From positions 826,848 to 890,847 of the forward strand of contig KV454012.1 of NCBI GenBank assembly GCA_001661245.1: a DNA stretch of 64,000 nt. The letters are read 5' to 3'. Under the pieces are notes generated by a model. That model made no database searches, had not been told where the DNA came from, and saw only the letters and a list, made by a program, of their open reading frames with translations. Both the position numbers and the translations under genes were made by a program. Below, piece after piece: positions 46,301-55,875 of this stretch (position 1 is its first letter; the number at the start of each line of letters is the position of its first letter). The DNA is from Pachysolen tannophilus NRRL Y-2460 (Eukaryota).

Positions 46301-48729
46301 TTAAGGAAATTTTACCAACTCTTACTGAGATCATTATAAGGCGTCTTGCTTCTTCTGATGAAACCCAACGTAATATCGCAGCTCAAACTTTAGGTGAACT
46401 AGTTCGTCGTGTGGGCGGCAACGCGTTGTCGGAATTGTTACCTACATTAGAAGATCAGTTAGTTTCGAGTGATGTTGATGCTAAGCAAGGTATCTGTATT
46501 GCCATTCATGAACTTATCGAATCATCTTCGGAAGAAACAATTAGAGAATATCAGGATATCTTTATTAGAATTGTACGCTCTGCCCTTGTCGATTCCAATG
46601 AAAGTGTTAGAGAAGCTGCAGCTTTGGCGTTCGATGTTTTGCAAGACTCTATTGGTAACACTGCAGTTGATGAAATTATCCCAAATTTGCTCAATATGTT
46701 AAATTCAGCGGAATCGGATAATGCTTTGTCTGCATTACAAGAAATTATGTCCAAGAAATCGGATGTTATTTTCCCAATTCTTATACCTTCTTTGTTGTCT
46801 CCACCAATCGATGCTTTTAAGGCAGGTGCTCTTAGTTCTTTGGCAGAAGTTGCTGGTTCAGCATTATATAAACGTTTATCATCAATAATCAATGCATTAG
46901 TTGGAAGGCTTATAGATTCCGATGAAAATGATAAAGAATCTGCTGATATTAAGGCGTCCTTCGATAAAATTTTGCTTTCAGTTGATTCAGAGGAAGGGCT
47001 CCATCCTTTGTTAATTCAAATCTTATCTTTAATAAAGAATGAAGATTTGCGAAAGCGTGCTGTTATGTTTGAAAGATTGGGTCCATTCTTTTCCGAAACT
47101 ACTGTTGATTACTCAATCTATACTCTGGATATTGTCAGTCAATGTATAATGACATTAGACGATACCAATCCCAACGTTGTGATGTCCTGTTGGACAGCAT
47201 TATCTGAACTTCTTAAAAAACAAAGTAAAGAATCTTTAGAAAAATTGGTTAGACCTGCATATGAATCGTTGCTGATGACAGGATCCCCTGGTAAGAACTT
47301 AGCAGGATTTTCGTTACCAAAGGGTCCAAATTGTGTATTACCAATTTTCTTGCATGGTTTAATGTACGGAAATTCTGACCAACGTGAAGTTTCGGCTATG
47401 GCTATTGCTGATATTGTGGAAAAGACTCCAGCTGAAAATTTAAAACCATTTGTTACTGTTATGGTTGGTCCATTGATTCGTGTCATTGGTGAAAGATTTT
47501 CGAGTGATATCAAAGCAGCAATATTATATGCTTTAAATATGCTTTTCTCAAAAATTCCGCAATTTCTACGTCCTTTCATTCCACAATTGCAAAGAACATT
47601 TGTTAAATCGTTATCTGATCCTAGCCATGATCTTTTACGTTCTCGGGCTGCTAAAGCTTTAGGTACTTTGATTGAATACCAGCCTAGAGTTGATCCTTTG
47701 GTAACTGAATTGGTTGGAGGTGCTAAACAGGCTGCCGAAGATGGAGTAAAAACTGCCATGTTAAAGGCCTTATTAGAGGTTGTTAATAAAGCGGGTTCAA
47801 AAATGAGTGAAAATTCTAAAAACAGTGTTATGAATTTGGTCAAGGACGATATTTCAGAAGCTAGCGATAATATGGCTGTTGCATATGCGAGATTAGTTGG
47901 TTCTTTATCAAAAATTTTAACACATGATGAAGCTACTAAAGTTTTGAAAGAGAAAGTCTTGGATGCATCATTAAGTGATGATTCCGGTAAATTTGCTATT
48001 TTAACCTTAAATGCCTTTTTAAAGGACTCACCTTCACATATTTTCGAAACAAATTTAGTTGAACAAATCGGCTTTTTCATCAAGACTGCATGTCTCGATG
48101 AAGCTGGTTATATCAGCGACAATGCAGTTGTTGCTGCTGCTAAGTTTTTATTGCTATACGGAGAAACAAAATCTCCTGATTCTATCGAAACAAAAGGAGC
48201 GCTACCTTTTACAATTCCAGATGATGTTGTAAGGCAAATTGTTGAAGCTTTGTCAATTACCCTGTGTAAACCAGTATCAAACTCATTGGATACCAGAAGA
48301 TTGTCATTAGTTGTTATAAGAACTTTAGCCAGATTCAAATATGAAGATATCATCAAACCAAATATTACCAATTTGGCATTGTCTGTCTTTACATGTGTTA
48401 GAGACATTATCATTCCAATTAAATTAGCTGCTGAAAAAGCATATCTTGCAATTTTCAATATGGTTGAAGACGAAAAATCAGATTTTTTCAACTCATGGTT
48501 CTCGGAATTATCTTCATCAGTAAATGGTTCCACGGTAACTAGTATCACTGGTCAAGTAATACAACTAAGGTCAATTGGGGATTACACGAAAAGAGTTTCT
48601 TCTAGATTAGCTGCTGTTGAAAGGGAAAGAATTTCTGCCGGTGGTGACATTGAAACTATGTTTAGTGATAGGTTTGAGGATGAAAAGGAGATTTGGGCTG
48701 TTGGTGGTGTTGAATTAACTGCAAAATAA
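40384..48729 (+). CDS. GCN1: translational activator Gcn1 (HEAT-repeat protein)
   Basis: About 2780 aa; WRSKKGSVELLGSMAY, FVHYIDGPSLAL, VGPLIRVIGER, FIPQLQRTFVK, FSDRFEDEKEIWAVG. Confidence 0.97.
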   Translation: MWLDVQSMTWDKLSLDLEKLMANSLLSVRIPTLKKLKSFISQGYIKQDSDLNEISIQLLKTFYYYQDQASRRLVIEIFDLILDKNFKFLVEYIQFISRLVLENKSLAVKDYLTLLEWCNHFLIALNSTEKFFLIQKIDSDFFSKLVHSQTFLLDSCLQYGIGLENVVTDSKKPPYQIPTTNTTTTTTTTLGNFNSPKLHRKRVYESALSQTKLAIAKFLNSNSTSSSTTLLEQYLENILTQSGTSNTSILTMIGILSSAIVDLIPQNPRLYDTFSSELIVDKVVTFFCQKILMDKIPPQQYSLVAFQDFTGFFINQEIFGIKILPSLEKSILRSPELSLGHITKNFFDSLPPIIDLSQYLDNGKLLSQLLSSFKSSSELIRRGALTTMESILTKHCNEATPEILIKISDQVFNSLKSVTSNDQRQLFAKTLEFINSKDEKVTLRILNGLVSFVTKDQNETSLRKYVDTFIHKYYICLYNEWLTKGSTIDIDFLKVIKNGLSDKKWNFRKAWFIAIAYFLLNFDSDQFNSKFVEFFESIFPLLLKTLDEIITAPIATTLANKSIECAYVVVFLSNFVQNWPNNSELKKIIENEQIFAKLLKNSDDTKPSIILNHRIYSKLTTLEEQTWFLRAIYSLLSNVKENQLDYGNSWLYLTLSQKIPNPLRREAIKYLEECYLTRQELFGDLMITSLTTKLNTEIEEGEDDLNLIPRHIPSVLSGITQSALTDKKILSKHVSDLLLLAHHEKIPIKNGWVGLALRSRLDPGEIVDNYTDKIISNLCNVLLDENFSKLFHKAAAEAITTVVFILPNKVSPILKNIISDDLKTSRVENYIDETNLKIWKAKDGELVVDVLSKATSKPKYADKNSKDYETRKWEESIRNEIANKKNLLNSNGSIKKKLSKEEQILVNEQLLKEYEIRSKIQENYIHLRRGIEICRSLASINVDSGSQHWFPIAVSSLLTISQKPQTSLLLGSSVNDAFLALSNVISPRLGLNKLFLGLATLRINGVTNLQEYYLEEPLLDLISRVLYRVKFLSDQRPLDSMSLIYILPLLIRVLEIGKEISIKNSQKQITKAEFVEEEKEEEQLYLSLEIISTHNEVFQDESIPRKAILDVLLSLMALASKAKIAKECFKSICQVISINPSKSDLSIIIDGCINHDLFVRNSVLEVLDTEFDLSAEMTYSNELWIACHDNNENNASIALTIWKESNFKLDETSTTQLIQYLGSKDSGLRLSVAKAISEATKLIGTVFDKTLDALLEYYRFYEKPEPPKLDEFGLVIQSSISDQKDRWEERSGVALSLKFLSPLFKDTSSVVKVFEFLIVEKALGDKEPIVRQELQEAGIEVINLNGFKNIESLVPIFEACLSEKDVGSKVQDNIRESVIILYGALARHLDSSDPRLTKIIDRLIKTLDTPSEDVQFAVSECISPLVELIESKLSYYFESLFKKLFEGKNLAQRRGAAYGIAGLVKGMGIKALANNDIIRILVDAAEDKKDPKKREGVSFAFECLSQSLGKFFEPYVIEILPIILKQLGDMSPEVRDATDYATRVIMKNTTSYGVKKLIPLAIENLDEIAWRSKKGSVELLGSMAYLDPTQLSSSLSTIVPEIVGVLNDSHKEVRKAADQALKRFGDVIRNPEIQTLVPILIRAIGDPTKYTDEALDALIKTQFVHYIDGPSLALIIHVIHRGMHDRSASTKRKACQIVGNMAILVDSKDLIQYLPSLISELEISMVDPVPSTRATAARALGSLVEKLGEEQFPDLIPRLLSTLQDEDKSGDRLGSAQALSEVISGLGVSKLEEMLPTIISGASSTRAYVRAGFMPLLLFLPVCFGSQFSPYLSKVIPVILAGLADTDVDIRETSLKSARLIVKNYARKAVDLLLPELENGLSDTSYRIRLSSVELTGDLLFQVTGISGRNELSENQPDASGEVNNNLLDVLGRERRDRILSSLFVCRQDTSGLVRSATVDIWKALVANTPRTIKEILPTLTEIIIRRLASSDETQRNIAAQTLGELVRRVGGNALSELLPTLEDQLVSSDVDAKQGICIAIHELIESSSEETIREYQDIFIRIVRSALVDSNESVREAAALAFDVLQDSIGNTAVDEIIPNLLNMLNSAESDNALSALQEIMSKKSDVIFPILIPSLLSPPIDAFKAGALSSLAEVAGSALYKRLSSIINALVGRLIDSDENDKESADIKASFDKILLSVDSEEGLHPLLIQILSLIKNEDLRKRAVMFERLGPFFSETTVDYSIYTLDIVSQCIMTLDDTNPNVVMSCWTALSELLKKQSKESLEKLVRPAYESLLMTGSPGKNLAGFSLPKGPNCVLPIFLHGLMYGNSDQREVSAMAIADIVEKTPAENLKPFVTVMVGPLIRVIGERFSSDIKAAILYALNMLFSKIPQFLRPFIPQLQRTFVKSLSDPSHDLLRSRAAKALGTLIEYQPRVDPLVTELVGGAKQAAEDGVKTAMLKALLEVVNKAGSKMSENSKNSVMNLVKDDISEASDNMAVAYARLVGSLSKILTHDEATKVLKEKVLDASLSDDSGKFAILTLNAFLKDSPSHIFETNLVEQIGFFIKTACLDEAGYISDNAVVAAAKFLLLYGETKSPDSIETKGALPFTIPDDVVRQIVEALSITLCKPVSNSLDTRRLSLVVIRTLARFKYEDIIKPNITNLALSVFTCVRDIIIPIKLAAEKAYLAIFNMVEDEKSDFFNSWFSELSSSVNGSTVTSITGQVIQLRSIGDYTKRVSSRLAAVERERISAGGDIETMFSDRFEDEKEIWAVGGVELTAK

Positions 48730-49354
48730 CGGACTAAAGATAGTATTTCATTAATTATAATTAATTACAATTTTTTTTTTTTTTTTTTTTTTGTTAAAAA
48801 AAAAAAAAAAAAAAAATTAAAAACGTTTTGTATTTTTCTGTTTAATTTATTCAGCTATTTAATCATTATATATTAGAAAAACAATAATGTATTAATATTA
48901 TCAATTTGTACGATGTATTGAACGATTCTCAACAGGTAAAAATTAAATATTTTTTGTTGCATCATGCAATGCTAGTTAGAATATAAGCAGAAGCATACAT
49001 TAAACTGCATTTAGCAGACTCACTTAAGATTAAAAACTGTCTTAGATATTAGAGAATTCAACTAAAGCTAGTACCTAAACAATTAATTGACTACAGTAGT
49101 TAGTTATACAGATCAAATAAAAACATAATTTGTAAAAGAACAAAACAAAATAGGAAAATAAAGAACAGAAAAACTTAGGAAAACACATTATTATAATAAA
49201 AATACAGTATAGAAATTTTTTCTTGATAATTTTTTTTTTGTTTTTTTTTTTTTTTTTTTCTTTTTTCATAAAGTATAAAAGAGTCGAAATACAAAAAATA
49301 AGTTAAAGGAAATTATTTCCAAGGGCAACGGCGCAAGAGTATTGTATAAAAAAT

Positions 49355-50632
49355 CTATTTTGGTTCTTCGCTATGTTTCTCATGTTCAGCTTGCGTATCC
49401 CGTGAATGTGATTGAGAATGTTGAGCAGAAGATTGTTGAGGTTGAAAATGCATGTAATAATTATAATATTGCTGGACATATTCTTGAGTTTGAGGTGGTA
49501 ATGATTGATATTGAGAATATGGCAGTTGTTGTGGTGGTGGTGGTTGTGGTTGTGGTTGAGTATTACTATAAGGGTTATATGGAGGTTGCTGATATTGTTG
49601 TTGTGAATTGTAAGCGTTAAAATAAGGATATTGCTGTTGAACTTGTTGATAGTATTGGTAAGGATATTGTTGTGGTTGAGCTGGATGAGGTTGTGGAGTT
49701 AATGCTGCTGAGCCTTCTGGTGCTCCACTTGCAGCTTGGTCTTCTTCCCTCTTTTTTTTCGTTATTCTTTTTCTTCTTTGTTTTGGTTGTGGTTGAGTAA
49801 CTATAATATCTTCATTAGCAGTTGTAGTTTGAGCCAAATTTGCTTGATAAAAAGATTTAATATCTTTAACAAATAATGGGTAAAGTTCATCTAAAATATG
49901 TTCATTTGTAGCCAATTCTAGAGCTCTTTCAAATGGGATCCAAACACCTTTTAAATTCATTGCACCAATTTTTACCGCATATCTAACTTTTTCACCTTTT
50001 AATATACCATCTCTTCTACCTCTAGTCATACCAACTACATTTAACAATTTTGTACCATTAATATAATTTGAATCTTCTCTTCTTGAAACAGGAATACCTC
50101 TAGCTTCAACTTGATAACATATTGTATTTTGATCTTCCCAATAAGTGGTTGAAAATCTTGGTTTTACATGCGACAAAGGAGAAATTTTCAAATCTTGTTC
50201 TTGAGGTGGTGGAAATTGACCTTGAGAAATAACCGATTGATGATGTTGTTGATTGAAAGCGCCCTTATTTTTGTCGCCGCTACCATCTGAGCCCACTATA
50301 GGTAAAGTATTTGTAGTTGTTGTTGGCTCTATTTTTGATTGAGGCAGTTGTTGATAATAAGGATAACCTTGACTATTCCCATATGGATAATACATTGGCT
50401 GTTGCTGTTGTTGTTGAGGTTGTTGTTGCTGCTGCTGCGATTGAGCTTGAGCTTGTGATTGAACTTGTGATTGTGATTGTGGTTGAGCTTGTGATTGTGG
50501 TTGTTGTGCTTGTGCTTGTTGGGTACCATAATTATATGGATAATACTGTTGTTGCTGTTGATGATGATGATGGTCTCCTGCATCTGAAGCGATGCCGCTG
50601 CCACTTTCTTTCTCTTTTGGGGCTTTCGACAT
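49355..50632 (-). CDS. APSES transcription factor (Efg1/Efh1/Sok2/Phd1 family)
   Basis: [49 protein letters not shown]...[11 protein letters not shown] with Q/P/Y-rich flanks. Confidence 0.93.
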   Translation of the reverse strand: MSKAPKEKESGSGIASDAGDHHHHQQQQQYYPYNYGTQQAQAQQPQSQAQPQSQSQVQSQAQAQSQQQQQQPQQQQQQPMYYPYGNSQGYPYYQQLPQSKIEPTTTTNTLPIVGSDGSGDKNKGAFNQQHHQSVISQGQFPPPQEQDLKISPLSHVKPRFSTTYWEDQNTICYQVEARGIPVSRREDSNYINGTKLLNVVGMTRGRRDGILKGEKVRYAVKIGAMNLKGVWIPFERALELATNEHILDELYPLFVKDIKSFYQANLAQTTTANEDIIVTQPQPKQRRKRITKKKREEDQAASGAPEGSAALTPQPHPAQPQQYPYQYYQQVQQQYPYFNAYNSQQQYQQPPYNPYSNTQPQPQPPPPQQLPYSQYQSLPPQTQEYVQQYYNYYMHFQPQQSSAQHSQSHSRDTQAEHEKHSEEPK

Positions 50633-51062
50633 CTTGCTTAATCTGTATGTAGTTCTTTTTTTTTTTTTTTTTTAGATTTTAAAATTTTTTTTTGGCTAAT
50701 TTCTTTCTATTTAACTACTTCTTCTTCCTTCTAACCTCAATTAACCTTTCACACACTCTATTGACCGATTAAATAAGTCTTTATATCTATAAAAAATTCA
50801 AAGATATTATACCAATAAATTGGTTCTAATTAAAAAATAAATCTCTTATTAAAAGAAAACCTTTCTTGTTTATTATTATTTATTTAGAGAACAAGGAACA
50901 TTTTCTTTTAAACGTCAAAACAGGAAAAATTTTAGTATTTCCTAAAACGGAAATTGGTGGCTTTTTTTTTTTCTTGGTGAGGTTTGGTGTGTTTGTGCAC
51001 TACTTTGTTGTTTTTTTTTGTGTTTTTTTTTGAAATTTTGAGGCTTGAGAAAACTATGGCGG

Positions 51063-51115
51063 AACCAACTGGGCGGAACCGATTGGGTAAACCGATTGGG
51101 TAAGCCGATTGGACG
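51063..51115. repeat. 13-bp tandem repeat containing CCAAT boxes
   Basis: AACCGATTGGGTA twice (51077-51102), AGCCGATTGGACG, and a degenerate first unit. Confidence 0.75.
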
Positions 51116-51393
51116 GGCGGTGAATACTAGAAGTTACCGCAGATGGTTACCAAAGATGGTGCTGTAGCAGAATTCTTCTCAAGTTTTATCTATCAATCCA
51201 TGTGGCATTTTCATTAAAAGTATATATATATTACTTGTATTAGTTGCTATACACACTAAACCCCCCTGTATCTTCCCCTTATAGTATTGAATAAAATTAA
51301 ATTAAAATTATGTCTTTTTTTTTTTTTTTTTTATATATATTTTTGTATTTTGTTTTCAGTCTTTGAAAATAAGTCTGTTAAAATATTTGATAT

Positions 51394-54300
51394 TTATCGA
51401 AGAGAACCAACTGACCTTCCACTGCTGGTTCGTTCAATAGGATGGTGTGCTGGTCCATATCTGTCGGCATGAGCGAGAGGAATATCATAACTATTACGAG
51501 AATGAATACTCGACGCCAACGAAGTTGCAGAATTTTTCCTTTCCAAGCCTAATCCTCCTGAATTACCCATATCAAAATTATTAAAATTTTTCCTATTTTT
51601 TGAAAACTGTACTCCTTGTTGTTGTCCCTGTTGTTGGCTTAAAAATCTTGGTAACTTTGTCTGTGGATCAATTTCCAAATATTTTGATAATTCTTTTTTC
51701 TCGGTATTATACCTTCTTGAGAGTTCTACAGCATTGGCAGCCCTCAACATCAATCTAATATCACCAACCAATGCTCCAGTCTCATAGAAAAATTCTAATA
51801 TTGCATCAGAACATGGCCTTGCATCTTTTGCAGTCAATTCACCCAATGTTGGCCAAGTCTGTTCTAAAGCTGTATCATAAAACAAATTACTTTGCCCTGC
51901 TGATGAAAATGAATGTCTTTTAGAAGAAGTTGAATCATGTGGCTTCTCATAGGTTGAATAACGTTTACTCATAGTCAGCTGTATTGATTCTTGCTTATCT
52001 CCTGCAGGGGCTGCTGAGGTCGTTGATGCCGCAGTTGATGTTTCATCTTCATCTTCATCTTCTGCATCTACACCTTGATCAGAAGTATTTAAATCAAAGT
52101 CAAAGTCCTCATCAGAGGAAGACGTATAGCTACCACAAAATTCATCATCAGTTAAAGAATTAACACTAGTAAGATCAACTTTAAACTTTGGGTCATCTTC
52201 ATCCAATTCTTCTTTTTGATCTGAAAGTGAAATATTTTGTAAAGATTCGCTCACAGAATTCAAACTAGAAGCAGGTTGCTTATCAGAACATACGCTACCC
52301 AGATCAACACTTCCTCTAGTTCTTTTGGATCCAACGCTATCATGACTATTTTTTCTTGCCTTGCTAATTTTTTTAAGCAACGCAGAATCTAAAAATCCAT
52401 TATTAAAACGATTTAAAAAATCATCAAATTCTTCAACTGTTGGAATCTCAGCTAATATATTATCTTCCATTCCAGAGAAATATTTCTTATGTTTCGCCAA
52501 AACTGAAATATATTGTTGTTTCAAATCATTGGAGTCTTTAATTATTTGAGCTTCTTTTTTGGCAATAATTCCGTACAAAATTTCCAAAATCAAATCGTAC
52601 AATAACGGAACTTCGTAAAATTTGGACAAAAACATGGTATCTAAAGTAGTTGGAGCTATTGGCCATCTGCTTCCAACTTGACCAGTAGACAAAAACTCTG
52701 CAAATGCTTTCACTGTAGTAGACAAAAATGGAACATAAATTGACCTTGGTACTAACAATGCTTCTATCTTGGTAGAACTTACACCTAGCTGTTCTTCAAT
52801 GGTCTTTTTCTTTGGATTTGTCATTGTGTTCAAATTCACACTAATTCCTTCAACGCTTCCTAGGTCTTCAAAAGATAAAATTTGACTCGAAGATAAAGAA
52901 GTAGGTTGAGAAGAATTTCTTGGTAGCAGCGGTGACTGTTGTGGTTGCTGCTGTTGTTGTGCATCTTGCTCTTCTCTAACTTTTTCCAACTGAGAAAATG
53001 GCTGCATTCCAGTTATCGATCCTCTTGGTGAAGATGATGGAGAAACTGATTTCAATTGAGGGAACCGCTGCAGAGATTGAGCTGAAAAACTTTGTGACGT
53101 TGATGTTCTAGGTGTCGTCGATAAGTTCGGTAACTGAGGAAGAGATTCGGTGGGCATTGGCGGTACTGGTGGTAAGTTATTTAGCAACTGGCTTTCTGAT
53201 GCACTTTTGGATAATTCATTATTACTAGCTGAAGATGATCCGGAAACAACAGATGCTTTTCTAGAACTAGATACTGACTTTGGTAATAAAAATGGTGATG
53301 ACAAGTCACTCTTGACATTACCATCTTGAAAAGGTAATCTAAATTGAGGTGCATCTCCTGGGATCGTAGTACCAAGAGTAGGAGAATTATAAACAGTGAA
53401 TTTTGGATCCATGCTATCGGTATTATCTCCAGAAGTACTTTCTTCCTCATTGTTCAAAGTAGGAACAAAAAATTCACTTTCAACTTTTGATTTTTCAAAA
53501 TTATCAAAGGCTCTAACATATGATTTTGCTAAAAGGATTTCAAAACATCTCCCCCATCTCTTTTTGCATAACACAGAAGGAATTGGGATTATTTCACCCT
53601 CGGCACTAACAAGTTCCAAATCTGATAACGATGACCCAAATCTTTCAAATGCGTTTTTACCTAGTGTTACTGCATGTGGTGGAAAAACGGATTTGATTGA
53701 ACTCATCCTTATTTGTGGCACTACATACCGTGAATATGCCATGAAACTATTATCATGACTTTTATTCTGTTGTGTTTCGGATTGCATAGAACCATGATGA
53801 TATTGCGATTGCGAGTGTTCACGATAACCATTTTTTTCTGTATAAAGATAACTTGATGCCCTTGACGATGCATTTGTAAAAGGTAAAGAAACAGATATTA
53901 AATGATTAAAATATTGAGCTGAAGGTGATTCCGCAGAAGCCTCAAAGTTTCCTAGTAATACTATTTTATGATGTGATGACCATACATACCCTGTGGTGAT
54001 TCTATGTGAATATAAAGCATGGTTACAAAAAGCTTTCAACCTTGACCACTTCCCCGTTGGACTATGATACAAATATATGGATTGATGGAATTCATTTGGT
54101 AAACATCCCATAACAATAAAGCATTCTCCAAATATTCCAATATTTGGATAATTCAAATTAAAAGGAATATTAGATTTGTCGGGATTTATATCCAGATTAA
54201 AAGGTAATCTCCTACCAACAGTAGTACCATCCAAGGGAAATTCAATTAATGGATTCAAGTTCGTAATATCACCCATTGATGTAAAGGCCAACATACTGTC

Positions 54301-55134
54301 TTCATTGGGAGAATCAACTCCGATATCTCTATCTTCATCCTCGTTGGGTAAAATTGTTAAACATGTTTTCATAGTATCAAATTGAACAATTTTCTTTTGA
54401 GTCTTTTCAGTTTTATTTGCCAATTTGACTTTAATTTCTTCAATTGGTCTACTGTTTATTCTGGAATCTTTTAACCATTGTTGTTCTTTCAAATCAAAAA
54501 ATTCGGCATTAGGAAATGGTAAATCGCCGCCACTATTACCGCCTGTAATGATTAAAGCCTGATGATTGGACCTGCCAAACATTTGCAAACTATCACAACT
54601 AATCATTCTATGATTATACCTTTTCAAATTTTGATCAAATTTTCCATCGCTAAGGCAAATCCATTTATCGGCGCTTATATCATAACTCCATAAATCACTT
54701 GCAATCTCAAAAAAATTCGCCTTGTTGACAACTAATCCACCATGAATATATATAAAACCTTCATAGACATATATAGAGGCAAATATCCTTGGTTTGGGTC
54801 TTATCCCATCTTTATCAACAGTATTTATCTTCCATTTGCGCTCCAAGATATTCATCTTGAAAACCTCATTAGATATTAAATCGTTCAAATCTATTGTCGA
54901 AATATCGATATTTGATTTCTTAAGATGCAGCTCCAAAGTTTGAGTTATACTTTTAATACTTACTTCTTGTAAATCCAACCCTATTGTCAATCCTCCATAA
55001 CAAAAAATTCTACTCTTAACTAATTGGGTAGAAGCTCCAGTCCTAACTCTCAAGTTTTGTCTATCATCTTCGCTATTAAACTCAGGAGGTGCGATTGAAT
55101 AACACCTACTGGGAGAAGGACTAAGTGGTGCCAT
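51394..55134 (-). CDS. MDS3: kelch-repeat protein Mds3/Pmd1
   Basis: LRVRTGAS, IFCYGGL, PKPRIFAS, W.SHHKIVLLGN, IKSVFPPHAVTLGKNAFER, KRWGR.F, F.STGQVG, YEVPLLYDLI. Confidence 0.88.
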   Translation of the reverse strand: MAPLSPSPSRCYSIAPPEFNSEDDRQNLRVRTGASTQLVKSRIFCYGGLTIGLDLQEVSIKSITQTLELHLKKSNIDISTIDLNDLISNEVFKMNILERKWKINTVDKDGIRPKPRIFASIYVYEGFIYIHGGLVVNKANFFEIASDLWSYDISADKWICLSDGKFDQNLKRYNHRMISCDSLQMFGRSNHQALIITGGNSGGDLPFPNAEFFDLKEQQWLKDSRINSRPIEEIKVKLANKTEKTQKKIVQFDTMKTCLTILPNEDEDRDIGVDSPNEDSMLAFTSMGDITNLNPLIEFPLDGTTVGRRLPFNLDINPDKSNIPFNLNYPNIGIFGECFIVMGCLPNEFHQSIYLYHSPTGKWSRLKAFCNHALYSHRITTGYVWSSHHKIVLLGNFEASAESPSAQYFNHLISVSLPFTNASSRASSYLYTEKNGYREHSQSQYHHGSMQSETQQNKSHDNSFMAYSRYVVPQIRMSSIKSVFPPHAVTLGKNAFERFGSSLSDLELVSAEGEIIPIPSVLCKKRWGRCFEILLAKSYVRAFDNFEKSKVESEFFVPTLNNEEESTSGDNTDSMDPKFTVYNSPTLGTTIPGDAPQFRLPFQDGNVKSDLSSPFLLPKSVSSSRKASVVSGSSSASNNELSKSASESQLLNNLPPVPPMPTESLPQLPNLSTTPRTSTSQSFSAQSLQRFPQLKSVSPSSSPRGSITGMQPFSQLEKVREEQDAQQQQQPQQSPLLPRNSSQPTSLSSSQILSFEDLGSVEGISVNLNTMTNPKKKTIEEQLGVSSTKIEALLVPRSIYVPFLSTTVKAFAEFLSTGQVGSRWPIAPTTLDTMFLSKFYEVPLLYDLILEILYGIIAKKEAQIIKDSNDLKQQYISVLAKHKKYFSGMEDNILAEIPTVEEFDDFLNRFNNGFLDSALLKKISKARKNSHDSVGSKRTRGSVDLGSVCSDKQPASSLNSVSESLQNISLSDQKEELDEDDPKFKVDLTSVNSLTDDEFCGSYTSSSDEDFDFDLNTSDQGVDAEDEDEDETSTAASTTSAAPAGDKQESIQLTMSKRYSTYEKPHDSTSSKRHSFSSAGQSNLFYDTALEQTWPTLGELTAKDARPCSDAILEFFYETGALVGDIRLMLRAANAVELSRRYNTEKKELSKYLEIDPQTKLPRFLSQQQGQQQGVQFSKNRKNFNNFDMGNSGGLGLERKNSATSLASSIHSRNSYDIPLAHADRYGPAHHPIERTSSGRSVGSLR

Positions 55135-55875
55135 TGGCTATTCATACAATATAAACCAATAATAATATTTTGAATCCTTCAGTCCAACCAAAATCCAAAT
55201 CCCAATTATTTAAACAAACAAACAAAGCAAAACAAACAAAACAAAAACCTGGAAATAATTTAATATATAATATTAAAGAAAAAAAATTTTTAAAAAATCT
55301 AATTTCTTTCCCCTTTTCACTTCTTGACTTTCTACTGCTGCTACTACTACTACTACTTCTTCTTCTTCTTCTTCTTTCCTTCTCTAACCACTCTTTTTCA
55401 GTTAATCGTTATTACAAAAAATATATAAAATAAATATAAAAATGCTGTATTTTCGGAGCTCTCTCTACTTTAGGTCTCTTTTTAGAGCAAGCTCGGTCTT
55501 TATTTCCGAAAGGGGCAGTTCCTGGTTTTCTCCGTATAAATATAATGATTGAAGTAGAAAAGAGCTACAAGGTTGTCATTAGGTTAGTTCAATTGAAGGG
55601 GAATTGGAGTAGGTTTGTGTGTTTGCGTGTTAGTTAAGCTTAGGATGGTTCTACTGGAGTGAGTTTTGAGTATCAAAATTTGGTTTTATTAGTGCTTGAA
55701 GCAATTAATTAGCAAAACTTTTTGCAATATTAGGTCTATAACAGCATCTTTTGGTGACTTTTTCTATATACTTGTTGGATAACTAAAATAACAAAACAAA
55801 AAGATGTAAAATTAAATGGTGAGTCAACTTCTCAGCTTGTAGTTGTTCTGAATTTTGGACTCTTTAGGGCCTCTT

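Noticed and set aside
47139..48083. 314-aa ORF antisense to GCN1, and other short antisense or intergenic F/K-rich ORFs
   Set aside because: These are shadow frames of real genes or translations of poly-A/T tracts, with no recognisable motifs.
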